64,000 nucleotides of DNA, from assembly GCA_048886685.1 (NCBI GenBank), contig JBHLKM010000002.1, forward strand, positions 327,532-391,531. The letters are read 5' to 3'. This document shows, one piece after another, positions 59,111 through 64,000 of this stretch (its first letter is position 1; each line of letters starts with the position of its first letter). Below the pieces are notes generated by a model. The model worked only from the letters and a program-made list of their open reading frames with translations. It was not told the origin of the DNA and made no database searches. The DNA comes from Candidatus Hodarchaeota archaeon. Lineage in GTDB: Archaea > Asgardarchaeota > Lokiarchaeia > Sigyniarchaeales > SOKP01. Made by a program: the position numbers and the translations under genes.

Positions 59111-62100
59111 TTATGTATTTGGACTTTCAGTATCTTCTTCAGAATCATCTATAAAGGAAATTTTTCTTATTGCCTGTTTCGATTTATCAACTAAGCCCTT
59201 ATGAGAATTTCTTTTTTTATTTTCAAACTTTTTGTAAAGTATCGAAGCTACACTTGCAATACCAATCGAAAAACCTACAATCATTCCAATTATGAGATAA
59301 GGAATGAGCTCGTAAGCACGGATTTTTATTGACAAATTATTAGAAGTTTTAATATTCCCATACACATCATAAACCTCTACTATAACCTCTATATTTGAAT
59401 CAATATTGGCAAAATCAGTAAGCACAATAGAAAAATCTTCTTGATCTTGCATAGAATATAAGGTTTGGGCCCTCCATTCAGAGTTTTGAGCAAAAATTAT
59501 CCGAATCCTATAAATATCATTATTATCTGTTGCTTTAAAACTAATAAAGAGTTTTATATTTGGAGTGTCTTTATTTCTCGTAATATTAACATTTGAGAGA
59601 ATAGGCTGCTTCAAATCTCGGTAAACTGAATGATTTGCATAGTATTTCCTTGGAATATTTTCTAATATAACAGATTGCGAGATTATACATATATTATCAT
59701 ACATACCCCAAAGTTTACACTGTCCTGAATAAGAGTTCTTAATTCTATTAATTTGAAGTTGATAAGTTATCTCTGTAATTCCAGAGGCTAACATCGGAAA
59801 AAAGAAATGAATACCTAAGGTTGATTGATCATAAGTAATTTCAGAACTTTCATAATCTCCTGCAATTATAACGGAATCAGTTAAAAATATCGTACCTGTA
59901 GGAATTTCATCATCAATAACATAAAATGGGCGAGGATCTCCATCATTCGAGACTTTTAACTTAATAGTTATTATTTCTCCAGGATAGAGAAAATTTCTTT
60001 TAGAAACTATCTTTAAAAGACTTAAAGATTCATCAACACTTATTGTTGAATTGTTATTTGGGAGATTTAATGGATAAGATGAATAAGATTGTGATCCTAC
60101 TTTAATAATGATTGGACCTACTGTACGATCGAAAATTTGATACCTTGTTATATTGTTTATGGCATCGAAATATCGTATAAATCCTAAAACAGAAAGACCT
60201 TCAATAATAAAATTCCCTGTATAGTCGGCTGCAATTAAAGAATATAAAATAACACTTCCATTAATAAGGATTGGAGCAAATTTGGTGTAGTTTTCTTCAG
60301 GATCATGCAATTCATTAGGAACACGAAGTAATGATATATTAGAATCTACTAATGGCATTCTATTATCAATATCTGTAAACCTTACGCTTAAGTTAAAATA
60401 CTCATTAGTTTTAACTTCAATTATATTTGGAATCTCTATTATTGGATTTGATCGCAAAATCTGTACAGTTTCAAAAATATAACAGATTTGACCTGAACCA
60501 CTTAAAGAAATATTTATTGTATTGCTATTTTCAGTTAGATAATTATCAAGATTTAATAAAATTTCATTTGGCTTATTGCTAGAGTCCGTGAAATTCAAAG
60601 TAAATTGGGGATGAATATTGTTATTAATTTGTACAAAAATTGTTCCATTGAATTCTATGAGTCCACCTGTAATTAAAATTTCTTTAATTGCAGTTAAAGC
60701 TGTTATTGCGGCACAGGTATCAGCAGTCGATCCCCATCCCCAGCGATTACGCCTATTCAACAAAAATTGGACTGATTTCTGGATTAAAGCATAGTTATTA
60801 AGGTAATCGTCAAGAGCAAGAGCCCAGATAGCATAAGATGTAATTTCCACTATATTTCCTAACTTTCGCCAATACCAATTGCTGCTTGTATCACTGTCCC
60901 AATAAATCGTATTTTCCTCTACTTTTTTGTGATCTTTGATAAATTGAATTAGAATATTATTAAATGTAGTATTTTCATAAATAGTACCTAAGGTTGCAAT
61001 ATAAAATAATGAGGATGAATAAGTACTCTGCATATCTCCAGTGTACCATAAATTGCTAAACTCATTAACAGCAAGGTTAATTGCAGTTTCTATTTGGGAT
61101 GTTTTATTTTTATAGTTCATTATTGCTTTTAGAATAAAAGCTGTAGCTTCTAATGTATTTGAAGAATATTCTTGGAAATCCCAAACACCACTAGGATGCT
61201 GGTGAGAAATCAAATAGCCTATACCTTTTTCCAAAGTTATAGGATTAATCCGAAAACCAACCTCTTCAATTTGATTTAGTGCAGATACAACTATAGAGGT
61301 CATTATTACCTTTGATGAATCATCTCTCCACCATCCCCAACCCCCATCACTATGTTGGAAATTATAAATTCTGTTAAGACCTTCTAAAATCATCATTGTT
61401 ATTTCTTTTTCTAAACTTGGAGTAAGCTGTCCTGTTTTATTTAAATAATTGAATATAAGAGCGGTTGGAAGTACTTTTGATATTGTCTGCTCTATGCACC
61501 CATAGGGATAACCAATTAATGACTGCCAGCTATCAATTGAGATATCCATTAAATCGGTATATAATGCTAGCGTCTCTTTATGATAAATTGCTAAAGGCTC
61601 TAAAGTATGATTGAGGATCCAGGATCCCTCGGTGGCATTTAAAAATCCAATAGTTCTATTTGTAATTTCTATACCATTCGGTTTTATATATACTGTTAAT
61701 TGTTTGGCATCTGAATATTTATTTCCAGAAACTTCAGTAGCTGCTAATAATGTGATATTATGAAAAAAAGGTTCAATACAATAGACGGAAAATTCAACTT
61801 CAGAAACAAAACCATCAGGGATAAATATTTCTTGCACATCCTTATTTAATATTATAAGATCAGGGGTGTCAACGGCAACAAACGCATGCACATCTGTTCC
61901 TAAATAGTTATAAACGTATGCGTTAATACTTAAGATATCATCTTGAAAAATTGGCTGAGAGACCTCAAATTCGATAAAAAATGGTAGAAATACTTTAATT
62001 TGAATTGTTTCAACGGCACCCCATAACACAATATCATTTGAATCCTCAAAAATATTATTGATTACTGCTCGAATTGTCCATTCACCAATATTGTCTGGTA

Positions 62101-64000
62101 ATTTGAAACTGATGGTAGTTGGCTCTGAAATTATTAATTTTGGTTTCCAGTTTGCCGATTCTGTAATATTTTTTCTTATTTCTGTATCAAAACTAGTGAG
62201 TAATTCATCATAAGAAGGCGCGTTTAATCTGTTCGGACCTACTCCAAAAGTATATTTTGTATAATCTAAAGGAGTAAATATTGGGTCTTCAATTGCTAAA
62301 GAATAAAATCCTCCTATAGGTCTTCCATAACCATACCACCAATAACTAATAATATCAAATCCTGTACCCCATGAACTTCCTGAACTAATATATGCGGAAT
62401 ATTTGTTCATTGTAAAGTAAGCCAATTCTGAATCATCCTCTGGTTCTACATCTAATACAGCACTATCAATAAAAGAGAGTGCTAACATTGAAGTTGTATT
62501 CTCAGGTGGCGTAATAGTTAAAGTTACTAAATCACCAGGTTCATAGATTTCCTTATCGGTTGATAGTTTAAGACTATAAGAAAAATCGATATTTACTACA
62601 AGTATATATTCATAAAGCTTTCCCTGATCAGAAATCGTATAAACCATTATTGTAAAATCAGGCGCAAAACTTGCTTTAACCTTTAGAAAGTAAGTAAAGG
62701 TATCATCTGTAATCGTTATCGGTTCTGAAAAAAGTAAGCCCCGTTTATAAATTTCAAGATAATGTGGAAGATTTGTCGATACATTTGAGAATCCGCTAAT
62801 TTCAATGATATCACCAATTTGAACAATAATTTTTTCATAATATCTCCCAACATTGGTAAAATTGGATGTGAATGATAATGATTGAAAACTACCCACCCTA
62901 AAGGACTTATAAGCAGAATGATAACAAAATCCACCATAATACTGGTTTGAGCGAGAATATACGTAAGAATATATAAAGTATTTACCTTCAGGGTAAGAAT
63001 TTGGAATGTAGAAGTGATATATTTGACTTCCTGAAATTATATCAGTAACTCGACCAATAAGTTGATGATTGGTGTCATAAATATAAATCCTACCTTCCCC
63101 AATACACGGAGTATCTTTTAAAACGTCTTTAAAGGTTACTTCAAATTCAAGAGTCTGGCCTAGATCTAAAGCAGAATCCACAATATTGATATCCAAACTA
63201 TATTTCTTATAACGGAAATAATAAGAAGAAGTTGTCGATCTACCATCCTCAAGATCTACTGATATTCGGATTTCAAAAAAGTTGTAATCTTTAATTTGTT
63301 CTATAGGTATTTTAAACTCTAAAATGCCTGCTCCAAATTTATTTGTTAATTTAGAGTAGGTTGCGATTAAGTCTCGAGAATTTATTTCCCATGAATAAAT
63401 TTGATAGTCTTCAATTCCATAAATATCAATATTAACTAAAACATTAGATAATGGATTATAATACCAATTCCAATATTCATAATCATAAGATAACACATAT
63501 TGATATACATAAAAATAATACTCTAAAGTATCGTCTGGGTGTGGTGCCCAATCAGTTAAATATCCATATGCGAGTAATTCTTCGATACGAGTATAGATTT
63601 TTTCATATGAAGCACTCCTACCATAGATATCCGTTGCTTCAGTTTGTACTTTAAAGGAATAATCTAAGTCTTCAATGGATTGTAGATTTATTGAAAAATA
63701 ATATCGTCCCTCACTATTAGTAACCCCTTCCTTAGAATATTTGACTTCTCCCCAATAATTTAGAATTGAGAGTTCTACAGTTGCTCCTACCACTACTTGG
63801 CCAAAATAATACGATACCTCAACATATCCATCAAATAACTTTTCATTAATAGGATAGAAATCTTTCCCATTTGTATCAATTTCTACTCTAAAAACAGGTT
63901 TAGTGTAGTAATCAACCCTAACATTATATCTGTAACTATGTTCAAATTGACTAAACTCAAATCCATAATGTCCTAATTCACAATCTTCATCTAAAGGAAA
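59111..64000 (-). CDS. Alpha-2-macroglobulin-like thioester protein with C-terminal TM anchor (5' end outside window)
   Basis: Frame open to window edge; TDKEIYEPGD, IRKN..ESANW.P, LPDNIGEW, YPYGCIEQ thioester, QHSDGGWGWW, WGSTADT; C-terminal TM. Confidence 0.9.
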   Translation of the reverse strand, partial: FPLDEDCELGHYGFEFSQFEHSYRYNVRVDYYTKPVFRVEIDTNGKDFYPINEKLFDGYVEVSYYFGQVVVGATVELSILNYWGEVKYSKEGVTNSEGRYYFSINLQSIEDLDYSFKVQTEATDIYGRSASYEKIYTRIEELLAYGYLTDWAPHPDDTLEYYFYVYQYVLSYDYEYWNWYYNPLSNVLVNIDIYGIEDYQIYSWEINSRDLIATYSKLTNKFGAGILEFKIPIEQIKDYNFFEIRISVDLEDGRSTTSSYYFRYKKYSLDINIVDSALDLGQTLEFEVTFKDVLKDTPCIGEGRIYIYDTNHQLIGRVTDIISGSQIYHFYIPNSYPEGKYFIYSYVYSRSNQYYGGFCYHSAYKSFRVGSFQSLSFTSNFTNVGRYYEKIIVQIGDIIEISGFSNVSTNLPHYLEIYKRGLLFSEPITITDDTFTYFLKVKASFAPDFTIMVYTISDQGKLYEYILVVNIDFSYSLKLSTDKEIYEPGDLVTLTITPPENTTSMLALSFIDSAVLDVEPEDDSELAYFTMNKYSAYISSGSSWGTGFDIISYWWYGYGRPIGGFYSLAIEDPIFTPLDYTKYTFGVGPNRLNAPSYDELLTSFDTEIRKNITESANWKPKLIISEPTTISFKLPDNIGEWTIRAVINNIFEDSNDIVLWGAVETIQIKVFLPFFIEFEVSQPIFQDDILSINAYVYNYLGTDVHAFVAVDTPDLIILNKDVQEIFIPDGFVSEVEFSVYCIEPFFHNITLLAATEVSGNKYSDAKQLTVYIKPNGIEITNRTIGFLNATEGSWILNHTLEPLAIYHKETLALYTDLMDISIDSWQSLIGYPYGCIEQTISKVLPTALIFNYLNKTGQLTPSLEKEITMMILEGLNRIYNFQHSDGGWGWWRDDSSKVIMTSIVVSALNQIEEVGFRINPITLEKGIGYLISHQHPSGVWDFQEYSSNTLEATAFILKAIMNYKNKTSQIETAINLAVNEFSNLWYTGDMQSTYSSSLFYIATLGTIYENTTFNNILIQFIKDHKKVEENTIYWDSDTSSNWYWRKLGNIVEITSYAIWALALDDYLNNYALIQKSVQFLLNRRNRWGWGSTADTCAAITALTAIKEILITGGLIEFNGTIFVQINNNIHPQFTLNFTDSSNKPNEILLNLDNYLTENSNTINISLSGSGQICYIFETVQILRSNPIIEIPNIIEVKTNEYFNLSVRFTDIDNRMPLVDSNISLLRVPNELHDPEENYTKFAPILINGSVILYSLIAADYTGNFIIEGLSVLGFIRYFDAINNITRYQIFDRTVGPIIIKVGSQSYSSYPLNLPNNNSTISVDESLSLLKIVSKRNFLYPGEIITIKLKVSNDGDPRPFYVIDDEIPTGTIFLTDSVIIAGDYESSEITYDQSTLGIHFFFPMLASGITEITYQLQINRIKNSYSGQCKLWGMYDNICIISQSVILENIPRKYYANHSVYRDLKQPILSNVNITRNKDTPNIKLFISFKATDNNDIYRIRIIFAQNSEWRAQTLYSMQDQEDFSIVLTDFANIDSNIEVIVEVYDVYGNIKTSNNLSIKIRAYELIPYLIIGMIVGFSIGIASVASILYKKFENKKRNSHKGLVDKSKQAIRKISFIDDSEEDTESPNT

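Noticed and set aside
1-64000. CRISPR arrays, tRNA/rRNA genes, transposases
   Set aside because: No regular repeat-spacer pattern, GC-rich structural RNA stretch or transposase/integrase ORF seen by eye

Overview
AT-rich archaeal window, most likely an Asgard archaeon (Lokiarchaeia/Promethearchaeota-like). This is inferred from the archaeal CdhA and Fwd genes, the longin/roadblock-like proteins and a eukaryote-type SECIS. Left part (1.9-22 kb): a metal/Fe-S island with an Orange-protein (ORP)-like NifB/NifX + MinD-FeS ATPase + Mrp + NifU cluster, DUF134, DtxR, ZIP, FeoAB, a stand-alone CdhA and several pseudogenes. Its promoters share a palindrome, TGAAT-N4-ATTCA (7 exact + 1 near copy, all between 1.8 and 12.6 kb). 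Middle: corrinoid/methyltransferase pair, PAS kinase, divergent fwdH-B-D-A-like operon and a second Mrp. Right: acyl-CoA metabolism genes, three FabK/NMO paralogs, a membrane-anchored longin-like protein and a partial thioester-containing alpha-2-macroglobulin-like gene. Top finding, missed by the ORF track: a 75-aa single-pass membrane protein (34998-34771, minus) with an in-frame UGA in a GGG-U-V-C motif. A K-turn/eukaryote-type SECIS hairpin begins about 14 nt after its UAA, making it a candidate new Asgard selenoprotein. All calls come from manual reading; no database searches were run.
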